Positions 45,557 to 55,265 of a DNA stretch of 64,000 nt are shown here, in pieces. The position numbers were made by a program, and so were the translations under genes. Location: NCBI GenBank assembly GCA_946965045.2, contig OX337239.1, positions 372,001-436,000 on the forward strand, written 5' to 3'. The notes under the pieces are model-generated. The model was given only the letters and a program-made list of their open reading frames with translations, searched no databases and was not told where the DNA came from. The stretch's first letter is position 1, and every line of letters begins with the position of its first letter. Origin of the DNA: Epithemia pelagica (taxonomy: Eukaryota > Protista > Bacillariophyta).

Positions 45557-46011
45557 TTTTTTTGACTTATATTTAATTTTAAAGTAAAAAGAAACTTATA
45601 AAGTAATTTTTTATTTTGGCAATAATTAAAGCTAAAAAATAATAAATATAAAATACCTAAATATAATGTTTTATTAAATTTAATAGCAACAATATGCTTT
45701 ATTGGAATATTATTATACAAAATTTTATTATTGTTGAAATTTATAAGTACTGTAAATAAATTTTTAAAAATTAAATTTAATAATATTTTATATATTGAAA
45801 ATTTGTACAATTTAAGTAAATAATTAGCTGATACTTTAAATTTTATAAAGTTATAAAAAAATTCACTATTATTATTTTGTTGATTATATTTTTTATTAAT
45901 AAAAAATATTATTTTTTTTGCCTTATGTTTAATTAAATACTTATTAATACGGCTTATTTTATAAAACATGTCTTTAAATAGTAAAAATATGAAATTATTT
46001 TTTAATATCAA
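45538..46011 (-). CDS. Unassigned ORF (157 aa from TTG, or 143 aa from ATG 45969); candidate divergent rpl10
   Basis: Open frame of L10-like size between trnW and trnP, containing IVAIKFNKTLY. The rpl10 suggestion rests on size, location and weak motif recall only. TGA stop overlaps trnP on the opposite strand. Confidence 0.45.
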   Translation of the reverse strand: MILKNNFIFLLFKDMFYKISRINKYLIKHKAKKIIFFINKKYNQQNNNSEFFYNFIKFKVSANYLLKLYKFSIYKILLNLIFKNLFTVLINFNNNKILYNNIPIKHIVAIKFNKTLYLGILYLLFFSFNYCQNKKLLYKFLFTLKLNISQKNRNNVI

Positions 46012-46119
46012 ATCATTATTAGTAATCGGAATATTTTATTTATTTTTTTTTAGTAATATTTTTTCAATGAAAAAAAAATTATTAATAATATATAATAAAA
46101 TATTAAAATTAAAACATAG

Positions 46120-46193
46120 CAGGAAAAAAAGGAATTGAACCTTTATTACTAATTTTGGAAATTAATGTTTTTGAACCATTAAACTATTTTCCT
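46120..46193 (-). tRNA. trnW: tRNA-Trp(CCA)
   Basis: Anticodon arm TTAAT-TTCCAAA-ATTAG, G73. CCA fits the standard code. Confidence 0.9.
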
Positions 46194-46226
46194 AAATATA
46201 TAAATATATACATATTTAATTAATTT

Positions 46227-46922
46227 ATGAAATTTTTAAATGAAATTAAAAATCGTAGTGTTTTAATTTGTACAAGTTTTATACTTTTTTTCATTACTAT
46301 TTACTGTTATAAACATATATTTTTTTTCTTATCCATAAAACTATTAATAACAAAAAAATTTAAAATTTATTTGATATATACTAATATTATGGAATTATTT
46401 TATGTTTATTATAATATAACTTATCATATAACATTAAATATATTGATATTTTTTATAAATTATCATTTGATAATGTTTATAAAATATTGCTTTTATAAAC
46501 ACGAATATAAAACATTAATAAATATATACAATATTGGTATAATATTATATATAAACTATATAATATTAATATTATATTTAGTGATGCCAGTTTTAATAAG
46601 TTATTTACAAACATTTGATAACAATATATTGTTTAAATCAGTTTACTTAAAAATTCAAATTAACCAATATTTTATCCTATCCAAACATATTTTCATTAGT
46701 TGTCAATATTATTTTTTGGTTGTTTTTATATTATTTATAATATTTAAACAACATATTTCAAAATATTATTTTAAAAAATTTCGTAAAATAATTATAGTTA
46801 TTATACTATCAATAATTTTAATACTAACTAATAATATGCTATTTAATTTATTGGCAATACTACTGTATTATGAAATAATAATAATTTTCTTAATTTATAA
46901 AACTTATTATAAAACTTATTAA
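46227..46922 (+). CDS. tatC: Sec-independent translocase subunit TatC
   Basis: MKFLNEIKNR start, YTNIMELF motif, multiple hydrophobic segments, 231 aa. Confidence 0.8.
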   Translation: MKFLNEIKNRSVLICTSFILFFITIYCYKHIFFFLSIKLLITKKFKIYLIYTNIMELFYVYYNITYHITLNILIFFINYHLIMFIKYCFYKHEYKTLINIYNIGIILYINYIILILYLVMPVLISYLQTFDNNILFKSVYLKIQINQYFILSKHIFISCQYYFLVVFILFIIFKQHISKYYFKKFRKIIIVIILSIILILTNNMLFNLLAILLYYEIIIIFLIYKTYYKTY

Positions 46923-46934
46923 AACACAAAATAT

Positions 46935-47018
46935 AGGATAAAATAGGACTCGAACCTATAATATAAAAAATAAAACAGTTTTCAAAACTACCGCTTTAAC
47001 CAATTCAGCCATTTATCC
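46935..47018 (-). tRNA. trnS: tRNA-Ser(UGA)
   Basis: Loop TT-TGA-AA, long variable arm, acceptor GGATAAA/TTTATCC. Confidence 0.88.
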
Positions 47019-47020
47019 AA

Positions 47021-47773
47021 TTAATTATTTAAAACCATATGGTAAAAATGCTTTGATGAACATGCAATTATCACGATTGGCATGAAACCATGATTAACAC
47101 CACAAATTTCACTACATTGCCCAAAAAAAATACCAAATCGTTTTATAAATAAGTTTACTTGATTTAAACGACCAGGACAAGCATCAATTTTAATACCAAA
47201 TGATGGGATTGTCCAACTATGTAATACATCAACAGCCGTTACTAATAGTCGTATATGAGTATTAGTTGGTAAAACTACTCGTTTATTTGTTTCCAGTAAT
47301 CGAAATAAGCCTAAATTATGGCTGTTTTTTAAGAAATCATTTGTTAATAAATAACAACTAAATTTAAATTCATTATTTATTAGCGAACAAAATTTATAAT
47401 CGGATAGTTCATAGGTCCAATACCATTGATGGCCCAATATTTTCAAAGTTAATTGTGGTGTTATAATTTCATCCAAACTATATAATAAGGAAAATGATGG
47501 ACTTGATAAATTTAATAATAATAAAGCTGGAATTGTGGTCCAAACTATTTCAATAATGTTTGAGTGTGAAAAATTTTTTATTTTATAACTACTTGTATCA
47601 AAAAAATTTTTGGATATTAAAAATAATAACCACCAAATAAATAAAACTATATTTATTATAATAAATAATAAATGCGAATTAAATAAAAATATTCCATCCA
47701 TAGTTGATGTTGCTGGCTCTTGAAAAATAAGGCCTAAAAAACCAGTAGGTGTATCACATAAAAATAAGTACAT
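47021..47773 (-). CDS. cox2: Cytochrome c oxidase subunit 2
   Basis: GHQWYWTYE, DVLHSW, GQCSEICGVNHGFMPI. Confidence 0.98.
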   Translation of the reverse strand: MYLFLCDTPTGFLGLIFQEPATSTMDGIFLFNSHLLFIIINIVLFIWWLLFLISKNFFDTSSYKIKNFSHSNIIEIVWTTIPALLLLNLSSPSFSLLYSLDEIITPQLTLKILGHQWYWTYELSDYKFCSLINNEFKFSCYLLTNDFLKNSHNLGLFRLLETNKRVVLPTNTHIRLLVTAVDVLHSWTIPSFGIKIDACPGRLNQVNLFIKRFGIFFGQCSEICGVNHGFMPIVIIACSSKHFYHMVLNN

Positions 47774-47784
47774 TTTTTTAATTT

Positions 47785-48975
47785 TTATCTATCAATTTCA
47801 CCAAAAACAATATCCTGTGTTCCAATTATAGTAACTACATCAGCAATCATATGATATTTTGACATAAAATTTAAAGCTTGTAAATGACCAAATCCGGGTG
47901 CTTTAATTTTGCATCGATAAGGCTTATTAAAATTATTTGAAATTAAATAAACACCAAATTCGCCTTTAGGTGCTTCAATTGCCGAATAAGACTCATTTGT
48001 TTTAATATTAAAACCAGTTGTATAAATTTTAAAATGATGAATTAATGCCTCCATTGATTGTTTCATTTCAATTTTAAAAGGTGATGTAATTTTTATATCA
48101 TTATTTTTAACTAAACCAATTGGTAATTTTTGGATACATTGCAATAGTATTGAAAGTGATTCTTTTATTTCTAAAATCCGTATTAAATAACGATCATAAC
48201 AGTCACCAATTTTTCCAACAGGTATTTTAAACTGTAAAAAATTATATATTTCATAAGGTTCTGATTTTCGAAGGTCCCAATTAATGCCTGAACCTCGTAA
48301 CATAACACCACTGAAACCCCAATTTAATGCATCATTTTTTGATACAGTACCAATATTAACTAACCGTAATTTCCAAATTCGATTATTTGTTAACATTTCC
48401 TCAATTTCTAAAATCTTTGTTTTAAATTGCATTATAAATAAATAAATGTCATTTATTAAACCAAAAGGAAAGTCATTGTTTACACCACCTGGTCGAAAAT
48501 ATGCTGCATGCATACGAGCTCCAGAAACACGCTCATAAAATTCCATAAGTTTTTCACGTTCCTCAAAAGCCCAAAGCATAGGGGTCATAGCACCAACGTC
48601 CATAGCATGACAACCTATAGCTAATAAATGGTTTAAAATACGAGTAATTTCAGAAAATATGACTCTAATATATTGGGCTCTTTGTGGAACATTAATATTA
48701 GTTAAATTTTCAATTGCTAAACAATATGCATGTTCCTGAGCCATCATTGAAACATAATCCAATCGATCAAAATATGGTAAAGCCTGTAAATATGTTTTAT
48801 ATTCAATCAATTTTTCAGTTCCGCGATGTAATAAGCCGATATGTGGAATAGCATTTAATACTATTTCACCTGAAAGTTCGATTAATAAACGTAATACACC
48901 ATGTGCTGCGGGATGTTGTGGACCAAAATTTATTGTATAGTTTTTAATTTTATTACTATTTTTACTGAATAATAT
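47785..48975 (-). CDS. nad7: NADH dehydrogenase subunit 7 (396 aa, ATA start inferred)
   Basis: The frame extends upstream of the ORF-track start (48810) through [15 protein letters not shown] and [10 protein letters not shown] up to an in-frame TGA at 48978. The first codon after it is ATA at 48975. Confidence 0.95.
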   Translation of the reverse strand: MLFSKNSNKIKNYTINFGPQHPAAHGVLRLLIELSGEIVLNAIPHIGLLHRGTEKLIEYKTYLQALPYFDRLDYVSMMAQEHAYCLAIENLTNINVPQRAQYIRVIFSEITRILNHLLAIGCHAMDVGAMTPMLWAFEEREKLMEFYERVSGARMHAAYFRPGGVNNDFPFGLINDIYLFIMQFKTKILEIEEMLTNNRIWKLRLVNIGTVSKNDALNWGFSGVMLRGSGINWDLRKSEPYEIYNFLQFKIPVGKIGDCYDRYLIRILEIKESLSILLQCIQKLPIGLVKNNDIKITSPFKIEMKQSMEALIHHFKIYTTGFNIKTNESYSAIEAPKGEFGVYLISNNFNKPYRCKIKAPGFGHLQALNFMSKYHMIADVVTIIGTQDIVFGEIDR

Positions 48976-48980
48976 TCAAT

Positions 48981-49052
48981 TAGGAATTATAGGATTTGAA
49001 CCTATAAATTTAGATCATGAGTCTAAATCGGCTAACCAATTACCAAATTCCT
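48981..49052 (-). tRNA. trnM: tRNA-Met(CAU), probably the initiator
   Basis: Anticodon arm TTAGA-CTCATGA-TCTAA, acceptor AGGAATT/AATTCCT; compact D arm. Confidence 0.82.
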
Positions 49053-49054
49053 GA

Positions 49055-49318
49055 TAAAAAAACGGATAACCAAAACAGATAAATAAAATCATAGGTTACT
49101 ACCTATGATTTGTGATTTTGATACTAATTTAAGCCTTATTATATAACGAATTTTGAACCACAAATTTTCAATTTTTAAATAAAATTTTTAAATTTGTGGT
49201 TCAAAATTATTTATTAAAATTATATCTTTTCAACCAAATGACCAAATAATTATGCAAAATTGACTTTATTTTAATAAAGTGAAATAAAATGATAATCAAA
49301 ATTGATTATTATAAATAT
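49055..49318 (+). repeat. Locus 4: single, nearly complete copy of the ~305-bp unit
   Basis: Both hairpins are present; the copy abuts trnM and overlaps the nad2 stop region. Confidence 0.92.
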
Positions 49319-50955
49319 TCAAATATGATTATTTTATGTACAATTAAATATAATAATTTAGGATTTATAAACAAAAATAACAAATTGAAAATACAATAAA
49401 TAAAAATAAATATATTATGTGAACAAATTGGCTGAAAGAGCTCACCTATCGTTTTATTTTCAAAATATAAAACTTTTATTAAACGCAAGTAATAAAAAAT
49501 AGAAACTACACTACAAAAACTAATAAAGATACAAAAACTAAAAAATTTTTCAGAAATTAAAACTAAAAAAATACCTAATTTTGAAAAAAAACCAATTAAA
49601 GGAGGTATTCCCCCTATTGATAAAAATGTGATCAATAAAGCAAAAGCTAATATCTTATTCGTTTTATTTAATAAAATAAAATCACTTATGTTTTTTGATA
49701 TTTTTTTTTTATAATAAATATGTTTCTTTAATTGTATAATAGTATACCAAATAATAATGTTCGATAACAAATAAACAATAATATAAAAATAAAACATTTC
49801 AAAGCCTAAAAAACAGTTCATATTATATGCTAATAAAATATAACCAATATGGCTAAGTGAACTATAGACTAATAAAGTTTTAATTTTTTTTTCTTTCAAA
49901 TTTGAAAATGAACTAATAAATATATTCAAAAAAGCAATAAAATTAAATAAATAACTAAAAATTGTATTATTAATATTAAAAAAAACATGATAAATTCGAA
50001 ATAAAATTAAAAAATAACTTAACTTAACTAATAACATGAAAAAAAATACAATAATCGATACGGATACTTCGTATATTTGAATAGACCAAATATGAAATGG
50101 TGCAAATCCAATTTTAATAAAAATGCTTAAACATAATAATAAAAAAGCTAATTCAATAATAGGCTTTGTATTATTAAATAAAGCGATATTTAAAGTAATA
50201 TATTCTAAAAACCAATACTTACACACGTAAATATTTAATAAAATATTGAATAATTCAACTTTAATAATAAATTTTTTGAATAATAAACTATAATTGTTGA
50301 AAAATAAATACTCAATATTAAAAATTAATAAATAAATATCAACTAAAATAAGTGTTCCTAAATAATAATAAAGTAAAAAACTGCCAAGTAAAAAAAAAGA
50401 GGATGAAAAAGTACCAATAATCAAATATTTTAGTCCTGATTCAATCGAATAATTAAATGATTTTCGTAAGGATACCAAAAAATAAGACGATAAGGCTGTC
50501 AATTCAAATGATAAAAAAATGATTATTAAATCATAACTGGAACAAAGTAAAATTAACCCAAATATATTAAACGTTAATATTATTAAAAATTCAAACGAAG
50601 TTAATTTGTAAAATTTTAAAACATTAGTAATAATCAAAAAAAATATAAATGCTAAAAATAAAATAAGTAATTTTGAAATAATTGAAATGTAATCAAAAAT
50701 CAGTAATTTATTTAACCCAATATTATTATAATTAGTTAAATCAATAGTAAAAAATAAAATATCATTCAAAATCATATAAATTAATAAAAAAAAAATAAAA
50801 CTTAAACAATAGCTGATTACCCTACAAACAAAAATACCAAAAATATTATTAATAATTAATGTATAAACAATTAATATAAAAATTAAAATACTTCCAATAA
50901 AATATTCAATAAAAAATAAAAAATAATTTGCTTTAATAAAACCAATAAAAAACAT
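49309..50955 (-). CDS. nad2: NADH dehydrogenase subunit 2
   Basis: IESGLKYLIIG, KIGFAPFHIW, LVYSSLSHIG, GGIPPLIGFFSK. Confidence 0.95.
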   Translation of the reverse strand: MFFIGFIKANYFLFFIEYFIGSILIFILIVYTLIINNIFGIFVCRVISYCLSFIFFLLIYMILNDILFFTIDLTNYNNIGLNKLLIFDYISIISKLLILFLAFIFFLIITNVLKFYKLTSFEFLIILTFNIFGLILLCSSYDLIIIFLSFELTALSSYFLVSLRKSFNYSIESGLKYLIIGTFSSSFFLLGSFLLYYYLGTLILVDIYLLIFNIEYLFFNNYSLLFKKFIIKVELFNILLNIYVCKYWFLEYITLNIALFNNTKPIIELAFLLLCLSIFIKIGFAPFHIWSIQIYEVSVSIIVFFFMLLVKLSYFLILFRIYHVFFNINNTIFSYLFNFIAFLNIFISSFSNLKEKKIKTLLVYSSLSHIGYILLAYNMNCFLGFEMFYFYIIVYLLSNIIIWYTIIQLKKHIYYKKKISKNISDFILLNKTNKILAFALLITFLSIGGIPPLIGFFSKLGIFLVLISEKFFSFCIFISFCSVVSIFYYLRLIKVLYFENKTIGELFQPICSHNIFIFIYCIFNLLFLFINPKLLYLIVHKIIIFEYL

Positions 50956-50970
50956 TTTTAATTTTTAAGT

Positions 50971-51573
50971 TTATAAAAAAAAAGCTGAGTTAATACTAAT
51001 CTGTTTAAAATTATTTTGGTATCGAAAATTTTCATTCAAATAACTATTAACCATAAAAACAATGCCGACTAAAATTAATAATAAAATAAAACCTGTAACT
51101 AAAAATTGTAAAACAAAGTAAGTATATAATATTAAATTATATGAATTTATATCAGCAGAAAAAAATAATATATGTTTCCAATTTATAAAATATATTGGTA
51201 TCATAAAATTTGATGAGTTAAATAATAGAAAAAAATTTGTTTTTTTAATCAATAAATTCAAAATTAATGCCATAAAAATTAGTAAATATAATAAAATAAA
51301 GTTACTAATTAAAATTTTCGACATACTTGAAAATTTTATATCAATTGACATAATAGCAAACAAAAAAAGTACAGCAATAGCTCCAACATAAACAATTAAA
51401 AAAAAAAATCCTAACAATTCACAATTAAAAAAAAGCACTAAAATTGAAACAAATATAAAACTTAAAATTAAAAACAATAAGCTAATTATTGGATTATATA
51501 TTAAAACAACAAACATTAAACTAATAACTAAAAATAAGTAAATGATAAGTAAAAATATATTATTATTGAACAT
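50971..51573 (-). CDS. nad6: NADH dehydrogenase subunit 6
   Basis: NPIISLLFLI, IVYVGAIAVLFLF. Confidence 0.95.
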   Translation of the reverse strand: MFNNNIFLLIIYLFLVISLMFVVLIYNPIISLLFLILSFIFVSILVLFFNCELLGFFFLIVYVGAIAVLFLFAIMSIDIKFSSMSKILISNFILLYLLIFMALILNLLIKKTNFFLLFNSSNFMIPIYFINWKHILFFSADINSYNLILYTYFVLQFLVTGFILLLILVGIVFMVNSYLNENFRYQNNFKQISINSAFFL

Positions 51574-51628
51574 AATTTTATATTTTAATAAAAATAGATT
51601 AATTTTTTAATATTAAAAGCTTTAAATA

Positions 51629-53098
51629 TTAGATATATATTAATTCAATTAAGAAATTAATATTAAAATGTATGAGTGTCAATAAAAAATTACTATATAT
51701 GCCGGAAATAATTGAACCTATTAATAATGGTATAAAAATACAAAACTCTCTGAAATTTATATCAAAAAATTGTTTAGTATATTGTAACTTTAAATTTCCA
51801 AATACTAAACGATTGAATAGCCATAAACTGTAAGTTGCACTAATAATTAAGCCGGTAGCACTTAACAAAGTTAAAAATATATTGATTTTAAATGATCCAA
51901 TAAAAATTAATAATTCCCCAATAAAATTACCTGTTCCTGGAAAGCCCGTATTAGCTAAACTAAAAAATAAAAAACATAAAGTGAATAATGGCATAACTAA
52001 AGCTAAACCACTATAATATTGTATAATACGAGTTTTATAGCGATCATAAATAACTCCAATAATTGAAAATAAAGCGGATGATACGAAGCCATGATTTATA
52101 CTTTGAAATATTGCGCCCTCCATACCAATAGTATTGTAACTAAAAAGGCCTAGTAATACCAAATTCATGTGAGCAATTGATGTATAAGCAATAACCCTTT
52201 TTAAATCAGACTGTCGAACTGCAGTAAAGGAACCAAATATTACTCCCATAATAACTAAAGTATAAACTAATGGTGTAAAATAAAATGAACCATAAGGAAA
52301 AATTGGTATTGAAAATCGAATAAAACCAAAAGTTCCTAATTTTAACAAAATACCAGCTAAAATAACAGAACCAATGGTTGGGGCTTCAACATGGGCTTCT
52401 GGTAACCATAAATGAAATGGAATCATTGGTACTTTGCTAGCAAATGATAAAAAAAAACTAAACCATAATAATTTTTGTTCATTATATATAAATGAAAAAG
52501 TCAAAAGTAACTGGTAATCAGTGGTACCAATTTGGTCAAGGATATAAATAATGCTAATTAGCATAACAATTGACCCAAAAAGTGTATATAAAAAAAAATA
52601 ATAATTAGCTAAAATTTTACGATTTCGTGAACCCCAAATACCAATGATTAAAAACATTGGAATTAAAATAATTTCAAAAAATATATAAAAAAACAAAATA
52701 TCCAAACAACAAAATACGTTTAATAAACAAAATTCCAAAAAAAGAAAAATGATATAATATTCTTTAAAAAAAAATTGAATGCTTTTCCAGCTTAATATTA
52801 AACAAACTGGAAACAATAAAGTTGTTAATAATAAAAAAATTAACGATATACCATCAATTCCGAGCAAAAAATTTAAATTAAATAATAAAATTAATTTCAA
52901 TTTACAAATAAATTGAAACTTAACACTTGATTTGTCAAAAAAAAGTAGTAAATAAACAAAATTTAAAAAAATTAAACTTGAAATATTTAAAGCTATTAAT
53001 TTAATGAATAGTTTTTGTTTTAATGATGAAAATAAAATTAAAATTATCCCAATAATTGGGAGTAAAATAATAAATAGCAAAATATAATTTAAAACCAT
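51629..53098 (-). CDS. nad4: NADH dehydrogenase subunit 4
   Basis: GIDGISL, KVPMIPFHLWLPEAHVEAPT, LAGILLKLG. Confidence 0.98.
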   Translation of the reverse strand: MVLNYILLFIILLPIIGIILILFSSLKQKLFIKLIALNISSLIFLNFVYLLLFFDKSSVKFQFICKLKLILLFNLNFLLGIDGISLIFLLLTTLLFPVCLILSWKSIQFFFKEYYIIFLFLEFCLLNVFCCLDILFFYIFFEIILIPMFLIIGIWGSRNRKILANYYFFLYTLFGSIVMLISIIYILDQIGTTDYQLLLTFSFIYNEQKLLWFSFFLSFASKVPMIPFHLWLPEAHVEAPTIGSVILAGILLKLGTFGFIRFSIPIFPYGSFYFTPLVYTLVIMGVIFGSFTAVRQSDLKRVIAYTSIAHMNLVLLGLFSYNTIGMEGAIFQSINHGFVSSALFSIIGVIYDRYKTRIIQYYSGLALVMPLFTLCFLFFSLANTGFPGTGNFIGELLIFIGSFKINIFLTLLSATGLIISATYSLWLFNRLVFGNLKLQYTKQFFDINFREFCIFIPLLIGSIISGIYSNFLLTLIHFNINFLIELIYI

Positions 53099-53107
53099 AA
53101 AAAATAT

Positions 53108-53173
53108 TGTATTTTATAGGATTTGAACCTATAGTATATCATATAAATATAATGACCAAATAGTTAAAAATAC
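53108..53173 (-). ncRNA. 66-nt degenerate tRNA-like element overlapping the nad9 stop
   Basis: Perfect acceptor GTATTTT/AAAATAC and T arm ATAGG-TTCAAAT-CCTAT. D region shortened, anticodon-like arm TATAT-TTATATG-ATATA, 2-nt variable region. Confidence 0.55.
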
Positions 53174-53706
53174 ACATTATTCCATGGTGAGTGAAAATTA
53201 AAAATACGATAATGTTGAGTTAATTCAATTTTTTCATACAGTATTCGATTTTTAGTTAAATTATATTTAGCATCAATAAAGCCTGTTAAAGGAAAATCCT
53301 TTCGTAATGGGAAACCATGAAAACCATAATCAGTTAATAAACGTACCAAATTTTTACGTTTTAAAAAAATAATACCAAACATATCCCATATTTCATTTTC
53401 CCACCAAATTGAACAAATAAATAATTTGCTAATTGAAAAAATCGCTATAATTTCATTAACAATAACTTTAATACGTAACCTATTATTAAATTTTAAAGAT
53501 AAAATTTCATAAATAATAACAAATCGATTTTTATTTTCAGGATAATCGACTCCTGATATACATGTTAATAATTTAAAATAATATTTAAAATGATATTTTA
53601 AAATAGTCAAAATATTAATTAAAATTTTAGAGTTTAAAAAAATACTATACTTTACCGAAAAAAAATACTGAATTTTAATAATTGGAATATCGAAAAAAAT
53701 TAACAT
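53164..53706 (-). CDS. nad9: NADH dehydrogenase subunit 9
   Basis: ISGVDYP, WWENEIWDMFGI, LLTDYGFHGFPLRKDFPLTG. Confidence 0.97.
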   Translation of the reverse strand: MLIFFDIPIIKIQYFFSVKYSIFLNSKILINILTILKYHFKYYFKLLTCISGVDYPENKNRFVIIYEILSLKFNNRLRIKVIVNEIIAIFSISKLFICSIWWENEIWDMFGIIFLKRKNLVRLLTDYGFHGFPLRKDFPLTGFIDAKYNLTKNRILYEKIELTQHYRIFNFHSPWNNVYF

Positions 53707-53737
53707 AAATTATATGTACACTTTAGATAACCCTAAG

Positions 53738-53978
53738 ATCAAAATCATTGATTTCTTATACTATTTTTAAAAATAAAAAACGGATAACCAAAACAGATAA
53801 ATAAAATCATAGGTTATTGCCTATGATTTATGATTTTTTGTGATTTTGATACTAGTTTAATAAAACGAAACAAAACGATAATTAAAATCACTTATTAATT
53901 ATAGGTTATAACTCTTTGCCATTTTCAATTTTTTTAATTTTGGTATAAATTTAAACTTTATTATATACCGAATTTTAA
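53738..53978 (+). repeat. Locus 5: degenerate partial copy of the ~305-bp unit
   Basis: AAAATCATTGATTT...AAATCATAGGTTATTGCCTATGATTT...TTATTATATACCGAATTTT. Confidence 0.85.
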
Positions 53979-54067
53979 ACAGTGTCTTTCAATTATTTTT
54001 AAAAGTAATTTGTTCAAGTAATACTATTTCAACTAAATAGCTTTAGTAAGGAATGAATTGGTTACTA

Positions 54068-54267
54068 NNNNNNNNNNNNNNNNNNNNNNNNNNNNNNNNN
54101 NNNNNNNNNNNNNNNNNNNNNNNNNNNNNNNNNNNNNNNNNNNNNNNNNNNNNNNNNNNNNNNNNNNNNNNNNNNNNNNNNNNNNNNNNNNNNNNNNNNN
54201 NNNNNNNNNNNNNNNNNNNNNNNNNNNNNNNNNNNNNNNNNNNNNNNNNNNNNNNNNNNNNNNNNNN
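54068..54267. other. Assembly gap (200 N)
   Basis: Run of exactly 200 N. Confidence 0.99.
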
Positions 54268-54340
54268 TCAAGTACCGAAAACAATCCTGGTGCAAAAGAT
54301 ATTTGTTCGTCCTATTTTCTTTTGTTCAATTCCAATCGCT
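54268..54340 (+). promoter_or_regulatory. Probable upstream flank of DUF707-like paralog 4
   Basis: CAAAAGATATTTGTTCGTCCTATTTTCTTTTGTTCAATTCCAA matches 6868-6910 and 4492-4530, which lie 200-350 bp upstream of the paralog 3 and 2 starts. Confidence 0.7.
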
Positions 54341-55265
54341 TATCATATATAGCCAGAAGAAATGAAGGATTTATCCAATCGAACCAGAAGAAACGAAGGC
54401 CACGATGTATTGGGGCTTGGATGTCGTCGATAACACAGATTCGTGCGCATTGAAAAAATGTGAGCACCACCACGGATCGCACGCTCCTTGGATGGGTCGC
54501 CGGATATGATGTAGCGAATGTACATTACAGTACTTATTTGTGTCGAGACCAGAAGCGTGCATGACTCAATATGTACTCCTATTCAACCGATACTACGAAT
54601 GGCTGAACGGACGCAGCAAGATATACAACCAGGCCACGGAATCCTCCTTCCCTCTTTTGTGCCCCGACGCGCGACGTTCGTTGGGGGCATCCCTCCACTC
54701 TCCCCACACAACAGCGGTTCACCATGGTGGTGAGAGAGAGATCTCGAGAGGCATTCCATTCATTGTATTGTTGCGGAACCACTTAACGCAACAACAAGAA
54801 CAACAACAATACAAGGACAACGGCAAAAGCAAGTCGAATTGCGCGTCCACAACAAGTTGTTGTGGAACCCACATCTCTCTCTCTCCTTTTTCCTTTTGTG
54901 TTTTTTTTTGCGATCATAGTTGGAGAGTGTCGCAGTCTCTCTCTCGTTTGCCGAATTCATTCGTTGGTCGCCACACACAAGATACGATCTTGCAAAAAAA
55001 ATATTGCCGTGAGGAGACCGTATCCCATTGAGAGTTTCAGTCTGTGCGTGCTGCTGGGGTGGACTTGGATTCCTTCCAAGTGTTTTGCGTTTTGGTTGTG
55101 GTCATCCAAACAGCTTTTTGGAGACATTACATACTCAATTCAATCCGACATCGCTCCAGGAGAGAGACAACGACTGCGGCTCCGTTTCCTCAACACTACC
55201 ACAACAGACTGGACGTGACAAACGGCCCACCAATCGCCGCCCAGAAACACACACGAGGAAGAGGC

